A stretch of DNA of 64,000 nt from an uncultured Brevifollis sp. (GCA_964642905.1 CAZXPU010000002.1:34154-98153); one strand, 5' to 3'; shown: positions 29,614 to 39,354, numbered from the stretch's first letter. Program-made: numbers and translations. Notes: generated by a model not told the origin, from the letters alone.

Positions 29614-29657
29614 GGCGTAAAATGCATGGATTGCACTTGATTCATGCATTTGACGCC
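29614..29657. promoter_or_regulatory. Inverted repeat, probable LysR operator in the divergent promoter
   Basis: GGCGTAAAATGCATG-N14-CATGCATTTGACGCC, 14/15 complementary. Confidence 0.6.
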
Positions 29658-29683
29658 ATGCCTGAACCGGACAGGTTCACCGC

Positions 29684-30592
29684 ATGTCGAAACCCGACCT
29701 CAACCTGCTCTTCACCCTCCAGGCCCTGCTGGAGGAAGGCAGCGTGGCAAAGGCCGCACAACGCCTGCATCTCAGCGCCTCCGCCATGAGCCGCTCGCTG
29801 GCAAGGCTTCGGGCGACCACCGGCGACCCCCTGCTGGTTCGAGCGGGTCGCGGGCTCGTGCCCAGCCCGCGCGCCATTGAGCTCGCAGGACGGATCAAAC
29901 AGGTGGTCCAGGACGCCGAAGCCTTGCTGCAACCCGAGGCGAGGCTGGATCCAGGAAGGCTCGTGCGCCAGTTCACCCTGAGGACCAGCGAAGGTTTCGT
30001 CGAAAACTTCGGGCCCGCCCTCGTTTCCAGGATCAGCGGCCAGGCACCGGGCGTGAAGCTGTCGTTTGTGCCCAAGCCAGACAAGCAGGGCACCGCCTTG
30101 CGAAACGGCTCCGTTGACCTTGAAACAGGTGTTGTCAGCACGGAGACAGGCCCGGAGATCCTCACCCAGGCCCTTTTTCAAGACCGCCTCATCGGGGTCG
30201 TCAGGAATGATCACCCTTTGCGTTCACGCAAGATCACGGCGGCTCGCTACGCAGGCTCCCGCCATGTGGCCGTGTCTCGCGACGGCGACCCCTGGGGACC
30301 TGTGGACGACGCCCTGCAAAACCTGGGGATGCAAAGGCAGGTTGTGGTGATGGTCGGCGGTTTCGCCACGGCCATCTCCCTCGCCAGAACGTCCGACATG
30401 ATCGCCACCGTGCCGGAAAGACACACGGGCGTGCTTCGGGATGGCATGCACAGCTTCCGCCTGCCCTTCCCCACCGCCCCGTTCACCGTCTCCATGCTCT
30501 GGCACCCGCGCCTCGACGCCGATCCCGCGCACCAATGGCTGCGGGGCTGCGTGCGCGAAGTCTGCACCGCCAGAACTCATGATCATGCTTGA
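29684..30592 (+). CDS. LysR family transcriptional regulator
   Basis: DLNLLFTLQALLEEGSVAKAAQRLHLSASAMSRSLARLR, GDPLLVRAGRGLVPS; C-terminal substrate-binding domain. Confidence 0.95.
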   Translation: MSKPDLNLLFTLQALLEEGSVAKAAQRLHLSASAMSRSLARLRATTGDPLLVRAGRGLVPSPRAIELAGRIKQVVQDAEALLQPEARLDPGRLVRQFTLRTSEGFVENFGPALVSRISGQAPGVKLSFVPKPDKQGTALRNGSVDLETGVVSTETGPEILTQALFQDRLIGVVRNDHPLRSRKITAARYAGSRHVAVSRDGDPWGPVDDALQNLGMQRQVVVMVGGFATAISLARTSDMIATVPERHTGVLRDGMHSFRLPFPTAPFTVSMLWHPRLDADPAHQWLRGCVREVCTARTHDHA

Positions 30593-30618
30593 CGATGCCG
30601 CCGACGGCATGGTCATGA
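30577..30618. promoter_or_regulatory. Imperfect inverted repeat at the LysR 3' end
   Basis: TCATGATCATGC-N18-GCATGGTCATGA (11/12); role unknown. Confidence 0.25.
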
Positions 30619-30676
30619 CCGTTGAAATTGACGCCACCACCCAGCCCCGCCCATGCTGAAAAACCTGATCTTCCTC

Positions 30677-32857
30677 ATGAAACCCACCCTTTATTCCCTG
30701 CTGGCTCTGCCTTTGTTCCTTGGCAGTCAGCTCAACGCCGAGGACTGGGGCGCCTACCAGATCGTGCCCGTGAGCGCCCCGGATTTTGCCCTCGAGGTCG
30801 TGGGTGACACGGTCTCCATCCAGAAGCCCGAGGATCAACCTAACCAGAAATGGATCATCCAGTCGCACGGCGGCGGCTGGAACTCGATCATGCCCGCCTC
30901 GCAGCCAGGCCTCGTGCTCACGGTGGATGGCGCAGGAACAAAGAACGGCACGAAGCTCATCCTCGCCAAGGACAACAAGTCGGATGCGCAGCTCTGGTCA
31001 CTCGCGAGGCAGGAAAACGGCGCCTACGCGCTCGAACCGAAGCACGCGCCCGGCATGGGTCTCGATCACCTGGGCGGCAGAAAGGAGCCCGGCGCGAAGG
31101 TCGATCTCTGGCAGCACAAACCCGGCGACGGCCATCTGCAGTGGTTCATCCGTCCGCTCGCGGGCAGCAATGTCGTGCAGCCGTCCCCGGCTGCTCCGAG
31201 TTATACGCCGCCTGCGATGGATCCCAAAGACATCCAACAAGGGCGCATCGAGACCTTCCAGTTCACGCAGAGCAAGATCTTCCCCGGCACGGTGCGCGAG
31301 GTGACCGTCTTCATCCCGGCGCAATACGACGCGAGCAAACCCGCCTGCGTTTATGTGAAGACGGATGGCTACAACCCGCGTGAGAAGGCGAACCTCGAGC
31401 TCGCCATCGCCACCAAGGAGATGCCGGTGACCGTCGGCGTCTTCGTGCGCCCCGGCGAGCTGCCCGCGCCGATGAAAGGCACCGCACCGCGCCGCAACCG
31501 CGACTTTGAATACGACGGCGTCAGCGACAACAATGTGCGCTTCTTCGACGAGGAGGTGCTGCCCTTCGTCGCGAAGCAGTATCAGCTCAATCTCAGCACC
31601 AGCGGCAACGACCGCTGCATCGTCGGGGGCAGCAGCGGAGGCATCACGGCCTTCGCGGCGGCCTGGCACAAGCCGGAGGCCTTCAGCCGCGTGTACTGCG
31701 TCAGCGGCAGCTTTGTCGCGTTTCGCGGCGGGCATGAGTTTCCCACGATGGTGAGGAAGTTCGAGGCACGGCCCATCCGCGCCTACCTCACCACCGGCAC
31801 GCGCGACATGGAAAACGTCGCGGGAGATTGGTTCCTCGTCGATCAGGAGATGGACAAGGCACTGAAGTTTTCCGGTTACGACTACCAGTTCCGCATCATC
31901 GACGGCGGCCACGGCGCGGGGTATGGCGACGAATGGCAGGAGGCCATGGCCTACCTCTGGAAAAACTGGCCCGAGCCGGTGAAGGCGGGCCCCAGCGCCC
32001 CGCGAGCCCAGGAGATCCTCATTCCCGGCGAGGACTGGCAGCTCGCAGGCGAAGGCTTCAAAAGCACCCGCGGAGCCTCCACGGCAGCGAACGGTGAGAT
32101 CTTCTTCGCCGACACCTCCGCCGATCAAATCCATCGCATCGGTCTGGATGGAAAGATCAGCGTCTTCGCTGAAAAAACCGGCAACGCGCACTGCGTGACT
32201 GTCGCAGCCGATGGATCACTCTACACCATCTCGGAAAAATCCGGCCAGCTTCTGCGCTACGACAACACGGGCAGGTCCAGCGTCGTTTTGGAAGGCATCC
32301 TCGGCCACAGCATCCTCGCGCATCCGAACGGCAGTCTCTACGTCACCGACAACGACGCCAAAAAGCCCGTCAACGGCGGCAGCGTGTGGCTCATCAAGGA
32401 CGGGCGGAAGAAGCAGGTCGATGCCGGACTCAAATTCGCCACCGGCATGGCCTTCCGCCCCGACCAATGGCTGCTCAGCGTTGCTGAAGGCCACTCCAAA
32501 TGGGCCTGCAGCTACCAGGTCGCCGAGGACGGCACGCTCATCCACAAGGAGCGCTTCTTCCACCTGCACGTTCACGACTGGGACGACGATGCCGGCGCGG
32601 AATGCCTCTGCTACTCCCAGGAGGGCCGCCAGTTCATCGCCACCAAAAGCGGCATCCAGATCAGCGCCGACGACGGCCCCACGCAGGTCATCCTCACCGT
32701 CCCCGGCAAAGGGCGCGTCACCGCCGTCGCCATTGGCGGCAGGGACAAGGACACCCTGTATGCGTTCTGCATGAACAAGATCTGGAAGCGCAGGATCCAG
32801 CAGCACGCGCTGGGCGCCTGGAGCCCCTGGACGAAGGTGACGCCGAACAAACTCTGA
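30677..32857 (+). CDS. Secreted ricin-B lectin + esterase (Fes-like alpha/beta hydrolase) + SMP-30 propeller fusion
   Basis: NQKW/AQLW/LQW QxW-like repeats; GGSSGG nucleophile and GGHG; propeller with GEIFFAD, GSLY, GMAFRPD, VAIGG. Confidence 0.8.
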   Translation: MKPTLYSLLALPLFLGSQLNAEDWGAYQIVPVSAPDFALEVVGDTVSIQKPEDQPNQKWIIQSHGGGWNSIMPASQPGLVLTVDGAGTKNGTKLILAKDNKSDAQLWSLARQENGAYALEPKHAPGMGLDHLGGRKEPGAKVDLWQHKPGDGHLQWFIRPLAGSNVVQPSPAAPSYTPPAMDPKDIQQGRIETFQFTQSKIFPGTVREVTVFIPAQYDASKPACVYVKTDGYNPREKANLELAIATKEMPVTVGVFVRPGELPAPMKGTAPRRNRDFEYDGVSDNNVRFFDEEVLPFVAKQYQLNLSTSGNDRCIVGGSSGGITAFAAAWHKPEAFSRVYCVSGSFVAFRGGHEFPTMVRKFEARPIRAYLTTGTRDMENVAGDWFLVDQEMDKALKFSGYDYQFRIIDGGHGAGYGDEWQEAMAYLWKNWPEPVKAGPSAPRAQEILIPGEDWQLAGEGFKSTRGASTAANGEIFFADTSADQIHRIGLDGKISVFAEKTGNAHCVTVAADGSLYTISEKSGQLLRYDNTGRSSVVLEGILGHSILAHPNGSLYVTDNDAKKPVNGGSVWLIKDGRKKQVDAGLKFATGMAFRPDQWLLSVAEGHSKWACSYQVAEDGTLIHKERFFHLHVHDWDDDAGAECLCYSQEGRQFIATKSGIQISADDGPTQVILTVPGKGRVTAVAIGGRDKDTLYAFCMNKIWKRRIQQHALGAWSPWTKVTPNKL

Positions 32858-32876
32858 AATCGCGAGCGCCTGCGGC

Positions 32877-33446
32877 TCAGGGCTCGTTCCCGGGCTTCCA
32901 CTTGATGTTGCAGCCGGTGCTCGGCCGCTGGTTTTCCAGCGCCGCCTCACCGGCAAGCATGCGCCGCATCGCCTCGCGCAGATCGGCGCCGGTGACAGGC
33001 TCGCTGTTCCTCGGACGCGATGCGTCAAACTGCCCGCAATAGACCAGCTTCAGCTCGCCGTCGAAAAGGTAGAAGTCCGGCGTGCAGGCGGCCACAAAGG
33101 ATTTCGCCACCGACTGGTCCGCATCCCAAAGATAGGGGAAGGTCCAGCCGTGCTGCGTGGCAAACGCGGGCATCTTGTCGGGCGCATCGGCGGGATATTT
33201 GTCCACGTCGTTGGCATTGATCGCCACCACGCCGACCCCGAGCGCCTCAGCCTCGCGCGCGAAAGCCGCCAGGGCGTCCGCCAGATGCACGACAAAGGGG
33301 CAGTGGTTGCAGACGAACATCACCATCAGGCCCCGGGCGCCGCGCACGTCATCCAGGGTGAAGGGGCGGCCCTGCGCATCCGGCAGTTCGAACTCAGGAG
33401 CACGGGAGCCCAGGGGGAGAAGGCGGGTGGAGGGAGTTTCAGCCAT
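32877..33446 (-). CDS. Thioredoxin-like (AhpC/TSA redoxin) protein
   Basis: MFVCNHCPFV, INAND..YPAD, FPYLWD, AACTPDF, PSTGCNIKWK. Confidence 0.92.
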   Translation of the reverse strand: MAETPSTRLLPLGSRAPEFELPDAQGRPFTLDDVRGARGLMVMFVCNHCPFVVHLADALAAFAREAEALGVGVVAINANDVDKYPADAPDKMPAFATQHGWTFPYLWDADQSVAKSFVAACTPDFYLFDGELKLVYCGQFDASRPRNSEPVTGADLREAMRRMLAGEAALENQRPSTGCNIKWKPGNEP

Positions 33447-33509
33447 GGTGAAGGATCACCCTCGTTAGGCAGGGACCGCCAGGGCGACAAGCCTGGATTT
33501 CACCCTGGC

Positions 33510-34193
33510 TCAACCCCTGGCCTTCGCCAGCTTCAGGTAATGCTCCGCCGCCGTCTGGTTGTGCGAGGCCAGCAGGCCTGTCAGCCGCGCGGCATCCTTC
33601 TGCCGGATGGCTCGCACAATGGCGCGGTGGTCCTTGTTCGCCGCCGCCATGTCCGGCGGCTGGGCCTTGTGGAAGGCGCTGCGGTGCAGCCGCTCCCACT
33701 CCGTCAGCACGCCGCGCAGGCTTTCCTCCGTCCGCCGGAATCCCGCCACCCGGCAGGGCAGCAGATGGAACTCGCGGTTCGCCGCCTCAAACGCAGGCCG
33801 GTCACCTTTCTGCGCCGCCGCCTCAAGCCTGGCCAGCAGGCTGTCCAGCTCGCCCAGAGAATCCTCGTCAAACCGTTCCAGCGCATGCACGGCGGACACG
33901 CCTTCCAGCGCCCCCAGCATGGCGAAGATCTCGCCCAGCGACGAGACATCCACCTCGGTGACCCGGACCCCCGTGTGCGGACGGATCTCCACCAGGCGCT
34001 CGGACTGAAGCTGCCGCAAGGCCTCGCGCACCGGGATGATGCTGACCTCAAAGCGCTTCGCGAGCGCATCAATGACGATCGTGGCGCCGGGTTTCAGCAC
34101 GCCGCCGAGAATCTCGCCGCGCAGCGCCTCATAAACCGCCATCTGCTTGGTGGGGATGACGGCTGGCCTTGAAGCGGGGGATCGGGCGGGCAT
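33510..34193 (-). CDS. GntR family regulator (FCD domain)
   Basis: VYEALRGEIL, LAKRFEVSIIPVREALRQL, ANREFH, DHRAIVRAI. Confidence 0.9.
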   Translation of the reverse strand: MPARSPASRPAVIPTKQMAVYEALRGEILGGVLKPGATIVIDALAKRFEVSIIPVREALRQLQSERLVEIRPHTGVRVTEVDVSSLGEIFAMLGALEGVSAVHALERFDEDSLGELDSLLARLEAAAQKGDRPAFEAANREFHLLPCRVAGFRRTEESLRGVLTEWERLHRSAFHKAQPPDMAAANKDHRAIVRAIRQKDAARLTGLLASHNQTAAEHYLKLAKARG

Positions 34194-34215
34194 GAAGGGT
34201 GTGGCTCCGTCAAAA

Positions 34216-34251
34216 AAGCCGGAATCCGGCTTGCGGTCAATCATATATGAT
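34216..34251. promoter_or_regulatory. Two palindromes between gntR and the divergent oxidoreductase; the second is a probable GntR operator
   Basis: AAGCCGGA-A-TCCGGCTT (34216-34232) and perfect 12-mer ATCATATATGAT (34240-34251). Confidence 0.6.
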
Positions 34252-34295
34252 GTATGACGGCACAACCTTTCCGCAACCCTTCACCCCCAGATCAC

Positions 34296-35462
34296 ATGGC
34301 CATCCAGCGCATCGGCATCATCCTCAACGGCGTCACCGGACGCATGGGCACCAACCAGCACCTCGTCCGCTCCATCCTCGCCATCATCCGGCAGGGCGGC
34401 ATCAAGGTCTCCGACGACCTGACGCTGATGCCCGACCCCATCCTGACGGGCCGCAGCGCGAGCAAGCTGCAGGCGCTGGCCGCGAAGCATGGCTGCGAGA
34501 AAACCGGGCCGTTGAAGACCAGCACCGACCTGGCCGCCGTGCTGGCCGACCCGGCCTACCCGATCTTCTTCGACGCCTCCGGCACGCTGCACCGCGCCCG
34601 GTTTGTCGAGATGGCGGCCGCCGCCGGAAAAGCCATCTATTGCGAAAAGCCGACCGCCGTGGAGACCGCCGAGGCCCTGCGTCTCGCCGAGCTGTGTGAG
34701 AAGGCGGGCGTCAAGAACGGCGTCGTCCAGGACAAGCTCTGGCTGCCCGGCATCCGCAAGCTGGCGCTGCTGCAGTCCCAGGGCTTCTTCGGACGCATCC
34801 TCAGCGTGCGCGGCGAGTTCGGCTACTGGGTCTTCACCGGCGAGCACGAGGGCCAGCCGGCCCAGCGTCCGTCGTGGAACTACCGCAAGGCGGACGGCGG
34901 CGGCATCATCGTCGACATGCTCTGCCACTGGCGCTATGTGATCGATAATTTGTTCGGCGAGGTCACCGGCGTAAGCTGCCTCGGCGCCACCCACATCCCG
35001 CAGCGTGTCGACGAGCAGGGCCGCGCCTACGCCTGTGACACCGACGACTCCTGCTACGCCACCTTTGAGACCAGCCAGGGCGTCGTCTGCCAGTTCAACA
35101 GCTCCTGGTGCGTGCGCGTGCGCCGCGACGACCTCTTCACCATGCAGGTTGACGGCACCCACGGCTCCGCCCTCGTCGGCCTGCGCAAGTGCTGGTTCCA
35201 GTCCATGGCCGGCACGCCCAAGCCGGTGTGGAATCCCGACATCGACTCGCCGATCAACCATTACGCACACTGGCAGGAGGTGCCCGACACGGCCGAGCAC
35301 GACAACGCCTTCAAGGTGCAGTGGGAGATGTTCATCCGCCATGTCGCCCTCGACACCCCGTTCCGCTGGACCCTGCGTGAAGGCGCCAAGGGCGTGCAAC
35401 TCGCCGAGCTTGGGCTGAAGAGCTGGGCGGAGCGCCGCTGGCTGGACGTGCCCGCCTTGTGA
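34296..35462 (+). CDS. Gfo/Idh/MocA family oxidoreductase (cytoplasmic)
   Basis: ILNGVTGRMG, IYCEKP, GVVQDKL, PSWNYRK, DMLCHW. Confidence 0.9.
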   Translation: MAIQRIGIILNGVTGRMGTNQHLVRSILAIIRQGGIKVSDDLTLMPDPILTGRSASKLQALAAKHGCEKTGPLKTSTDLAAVLADPAYPIFFDASGTLHRARFVEMAAAAGKAIYCEKPTAVETAEALRLAELCEKAGVKNGVVQDKLWLPGIRKLALLQSQGFFGRILSVRGEFGYWVFTGEHEGQPAQRPSWNYRKADGGGIIVDMLCHWRYVIDNLFGEVTGVSCLGATHIPQRVDEQGRAYACDTDDSCYATFETSQGVVCQFNSSWCVRVRRDDLFTMQVDGTHGSALVGLRKCWFQSMAGTPKPVWNPDIDSPINHYAHWQEVPDTAEHDNAFKVQWEMFIRHVALDTPFRWTLREGAKGVQLAELGLKSWAERRWLDVPAL

Positions 35463-35547
35463 TTCGAAATCCGCTTGCCGGACGCCGCTGAGGACGGATG
35501 GAATGGGGCCGCACCCCGTCAGGTGCCGAACCCCGTCCCCGTCCTTC

Positions 35548-37395
35548 ATGCACGAAACGAACTTCTTTCTCTCGGCGTTCCTCTACCTCGCCACGGCCGT
35601 GCTGATGGTGCCCGTGGCGCACCGCCTGGGCCTGGGCTCCGTGCTCGGCTATCTCATCGGCGGAGCGGTGATCGGCCCCTTCGCCCTCGGATGGGTCGGC
35701 GGCGACCAGGGCCAGGAGGCGATGCATTTTGCCGAGTTCGGCGTGGTCATCATGCTCTTCATGATCGGCCTTGAGCTGGAGCCGTCCCGGCTGTGGCGCA
35801 TGCGCGGCCCCATCTTTGGTCTGGGCGGCCTGCAGGTCGTGCTGACCACCCTGGCGGGCATGGCTCTGTCGGCGGGATTCGGCGTGCCCCTGAAAGCCGC
35901 CCTCGCCATCGGCATGATCCTGTCACTCTCCTCGACGGCCATCGTCATCCAGACGCTGCATGAAAAGGCGCTGCTGCGGACCAACGCGGGCTCGGACGCC
36001 TTCTCCGTGCTGCTGTTCCAGGACATCGCCGTCATCCCGATGCTCGCCATCTTTCCCCTGCTCGCCTCGGGCGACCCTGCGGCGGACGGCCACCGCACCC
36101 TTCTGCAATCGGTGCCGTTCTGGACGCGTCCCATCATCACCTTGAGCACCGTGGCGGCGATCGTGCTGGCCGGCCAGCACCTCGTGCCCCGGGGCTTTGC
36201 CGTGCTGGCCAGGACGGGTCTGCGTGAGCTGCTCACCGCCGCCGCCCTGCTGCTGATCGTCGGCGTGGCCCTGCTGATGACCCTCGTGGGCCACTCCCAG
36301 GCCCTGGGCGCCTTTGTCGCCGGAGTGGTGCTCGCCGGCAGCCACTACCGCCACGAGCTGGAGAGCAATCTCGAGCCTTTCAAGGGACTGCTGCTCGGCC
36401 TGTTTTTCCTCGCCGTCGGCGCCTCGCTCGACTTTGGCGTCATCCAGGCCCGGCCCGGCCTCATCGCCGGACTCGTGCTCGGACTGATCGTGCTGAAGGC
36501 CTGCGTGATGCTGGCCGTCGCCACCCTGATGAAGATCCGCGGCAGCCACCGCTGGCTGCTCGGCCTCAGCATCGCCCAGGGCGGCGAGTTCGCCTTCGCG
36601 CTGCTGTCCATGGCGGTGCAGCAGCAGATCCTGGACGACGCCACGTCCAAGGTGCTGGTCGCGGTCGTGGCCCTCTCCATGGCCTTCACGCCGCTGCTGT
36701 TCCTGCTTTATGAAAAGGTGATCGCTCCACGCTACACCGCCGTGTCGGAAGTGGCGCGCACGCCCGACGCCGTCGACGAACAGGCGCCGGTCATCATGGC
36801 CGGCTTCGGCCGCTTCGGCAATTTCGTCGGCCGTTTCCTGATGTCCCAGGGCGTCAAGGTGACCGTGCTTGAGAACGACCCCGACCATGTCGACATGCTG
36901 CGCAGCTTCGGCTTCAAGGTGTTCTATGGCGACGCCACGCGGGTCGACCTGCTGCAGGCCGCCGGCATCAGCGGCGCACGCCTGCTCATCATCACCCTCG
37001 CCGACAGGGCCAAGGTCGCCCAGCTTGTCTCGGAGGTGCGTGAAAAATTCCCCAACCTGCGCATCCTGGCGCGCGCCTACGACTACGACCAGCGCTACGA
37101 GCTGAAGGGCCTCGGGCTGAACATCGAGGACATCGTGCACGAGCAGATGCACAGCGGCCTGGAGCTGGGCGTGAAGGCGCTGGGCGCGCTGGGGAGAACC
37201 CGCGGCGACCTGGAGGAGGCCTTGCGCAAATGGAAGGCGCATGACGAGGAGACCTTTGATCTGCTGATGCCGCTGCAGGATGACGCCGAGGCCTTCGCCA
37301 GCATCGCCCGCGAACGCCGCATTCAGCTCACCCAGCTCTTTGAGCGTGACCAGTCCGAGCCCGGCGTCAGGCCTGGGGCTGGCACTGCGCCTTGA
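35548..37395 (+). CDS. KefB/KefC-like CPA2 potassium efflux antiporter with TrkA-N domain
   Basis: LGSVLGYL, AEFGVV, GLELEPSRLW, LLFQD, ALGAFVAG, HELESNLEPFKGLL, QGGEF, GFGRFG, YGDATR. Confidence 0.92.
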   Translation: MHETNFFLSAFLYLATAVLMVPVAHRLGLGSVLGYLIGGAVIGPFALGWVGGDQGQEAMHFAEFGVVIMLFMIGLELEPSRLWRMRGPIFGLGGLQVVLTTLAGMALSAGFGVPLKAALAIGMILSLSSTAIVIQTLHEKALLRTNAGSDAFSVLLFQDIAVIPMLAIFPLLASGDPAADGHRTLLQSVPFWTRPIITLSTVAAIVLAGQHLVPRGFAVLARTGLRELLTAAALLLIVGVALLMTLVGHSQALGAFVAGVVLAGSHYRHELESNLEPFKGLLLGLFFLAVGASLDFGVIQARPGLIAGLVLGLIVLKACVMLAVATLMKIRGSHRWLLGLSIAQGGEFAFALLSMAVQQQILDDATSKVLVAVVALSMAFTPLLFLLYEKVIAPRYTAVSEVARTPDAVDEQAPVIMAGFGRFGNFVGRFLMSQGVKVTVLENDPDHVDMLRSFGFKVFYGDATRVDLLQAAGISGARLLIITLADRAKVAQLVSEVREKFPNLRILARAYDYDQRYELKGLGLNIEDIVHEQMHSGLELGVKALGALGRTRGDLEEALRKWKAHDEETFDLLMPLQDDAEAFASIARERRIQLTQLFERDQSEPGVRPGAGTAP

Positions 37396-39268
37396 TCTCC
37401 TCCAGCTCGGCCCAGCGGGTGAAGCCTGCCTCGAGCTCCGCCTTGCGGGACTCCAGCCCGGCCAGGTGATCCTGCGTGGAGGCGCCCGCCCGGGTGTAAA
37501 ACTCCGGATCATTCAGCTCCGCCTCCATCGCGGTGATCTCCGTCTCCAGCACCGCAATGCGCTCCTCCAGAGCGGCCAGCTCCCGCGTCTCGCGATTGCT
37601 CATCTTGCGCGGCTTGCTGTCGGGCGCCGGCTTCTCCTTCTTCGGCGGCGCGTTCACATAGGCCACCTCGGCGGCCGCCTGCTTCGCGCGCTTCTCCTGG
37701 TAGTAGCTGTAGTTCCCGGCGCATTGATGGATGCGCCCATGCCCTTCAAAGGCGATGATCCGGTCGCACACGCGGTCCAGGAAGTAGCGGTCATGGCTGA
37801 CGACCAGCACGCAGCCCTGGAAGGCCAGGACCGCCTCCTCCAGCACGCGCATCGTCGCCAGGTCCAGGTCGTTGGTCGGCTCGTCAAGGATGAGGAAGTT
37901 GCCTCCGCGCCTCAGGATCTTCGCCAGCAGCACCCGGCTCTGCTCGCCGCCGCTGAGCTCCTTGACGCGCATCGTCACCCGTTCGTCGGTGAACAAAAAG
38001 CGTCTCAAGTAGGTGCGCACGTGCAGCTTCTCGCCGCCAAACTGGACAAAGTCGCTGTTAGGCCCCGCCACCTCGGCCATGACGGTGTTCTCAGGGTCAA
38101 GCAGCAGGCGCTGCTGGTCCACGTAGTTGAAGACGGTCTTTTTCCCGATGCTGACGACGCCCTCGGCCGGCTTCTGCTCGCCCATCAGCACCCGCAGCAG
38201 GGTGGTCTTGCCGAGGCCGTTGCGGCCGACGATGCCCGTGCAGGTGCCGGCTTCAAAGCTGAGGTCGAGATGGCTGAACAGCCAGCGCTCGCCGGCCAGC
38301 GCGCCGATGTCGCTGGCATCCACCACGACATTGGCCAGAGGCGGCGGGGGCGGGATGATCAGGTCCATCACCAGGTCCTCCTCGGGCGCGTCGAGCGCGG
38401 ACACGCGGTCAAACTCATCCAGCCTCGTGCGCGCCTTGCTCCGCTGCGCCTTCACGCCCGCCCGGACAAACTCCAGCTCGTGCCGCAGGTAGGCCTGGCG
38501 CCGCCTTTCCGTGCCGGCCTCGAAGGCCTCGCGCTGCGCCTTGTTCTCCAGGTAGTCGCTGTAGTTCCCCGGATGGCTGTAGATGCGCGCGTCGTCGATC
38601 TCGATGATGCGCGTGGCGATGCGGTCGAGAAAGTAGCGGTCATGCGTGACGAAGAGCACCGCCCCTGCAAAATCGCGCAGGAACTTCTCCAGCCACTCGA
38701 TGGATTCGGCGTCGAGATGGTTCGTCGGCTCGTCGAGCAGGAGCAGGTCCGGCTGGGCCACCAGGGTGCGGGCCAGGGCCACGCGGCGCTTTTCACCGCC
38801 GGACAGGCCCTTCACCGGACGATCCCCGGCCGGCACGCCGAGCTCGTTCATCGCCGTGGCGATGCGTGTCTCGACACCCCAGCCGTCGTGAAGCTGGATC
38901 TGGTGCAGCAGATCCCCCTCCTGCTCCGGCTTGTAGTCGCCGGATTCATAACGTGCCACCAGGTCCAGCAGCACCTTCGCGCCCGAGCGGACGTTTTCCA
39001 GGACCGTGGCCTCCTCGTCCAGCGTGAACTCCTGCGCAAGGTAGCCGATGACCATGCCGTTGCGGCGGGAAACCGTGCCGCTGTCCGGATTCTCCACGCC
39101 GGCGATGATGCGCATCAGGCTGGTCTTGCCGCTGCCGTTGCGGCCGACCAGACCGAGCTTCTCGCCCTCATGCACGCTCATCGTCGCGTCGTTGAAGACC
39201 TGCTGCAGGCCAAACTGCAGGCGCAGGTCCTTGGCGGAGATGACGGCTTGGGTGGTGGGGGACGACAT
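37367..39268 (-). CDS. uup: ABC-F family ATPase, Uup-like
   Basis: Two NBDs (GRNGSGKT/GRNGLGKT, LSGGE twice, DEPTNHLD/DEPTNDLD), no TM segments, C-terminal coil KMSNRETREL. Confidence 0.85.
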   Translation of the reverse strand: MSSPTTQAVISAKDLRLQFGLQQVFNDATMSVHEGEKLGLVGRNGSGKTSLMRIIAGVENPDSGTVSRRNGMVIGYLAQEFTLDEEATVLENVRSGAKVLLDLVARYESGDYKPEQEGDLLHQIQLHDGWGVETRIATAMNELGVPAGDRPVKGLSGGEKRRVALARTLVAQPDLLLLDEPTNHLDAESIEWLEKFLRDFAGAVLFVTHDRYFLDRIATRIIEIDDARIYSHPGNYSDYLENKAQREAFEAGTERRRQAYLRHELEFVRAGVKAQRSKARTRLDEFDRVSALDAPEEDLVMDLIIPPPPPLANVVVDASDIGALAGERWLFSHLDLSFEAGTCTGIVGRNGLGKTTLLRVLMGEQKPAEGVVSIGKKTVFNYVDQQRLLLDPENTVMAEVAGPNSDFVQFGGEKLHVRTYLRRFLFTDERVTMRVKELSGGEQSRVLLAKILRRGGNFLILDEPTNDLDLATMRVLEEAVLAFQGCVLVVSHDRYFLDRVCDRIIAFEGHGRIHQCAGNYSYYQEKRAKQAAAEVAYVNAPPKKEKPAPDSKPRKMSNRETRELAALEERIAVLETEITAMEAELNDPEFYTRAGASTQDHLAGLESRKAELEAGFTRWAELEEIKAQCQPQA

Positions 39269-39354
39269 GGGCGGTGAATGGGCGGCCGCTTCCTTTGGCG
39301 ACGAATCCACGGCGCTCCACTGGAATCCTCCGGCCCCTCGCACAAAGGCCCGGC

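Noticed and set aside
29538-29645. 36-codon in-frame extension upstream of the TPMT domain
   Set aside because: It runs through the LysR operator and promoter region and has no domain similarity; MKAEFW is the family-typical start
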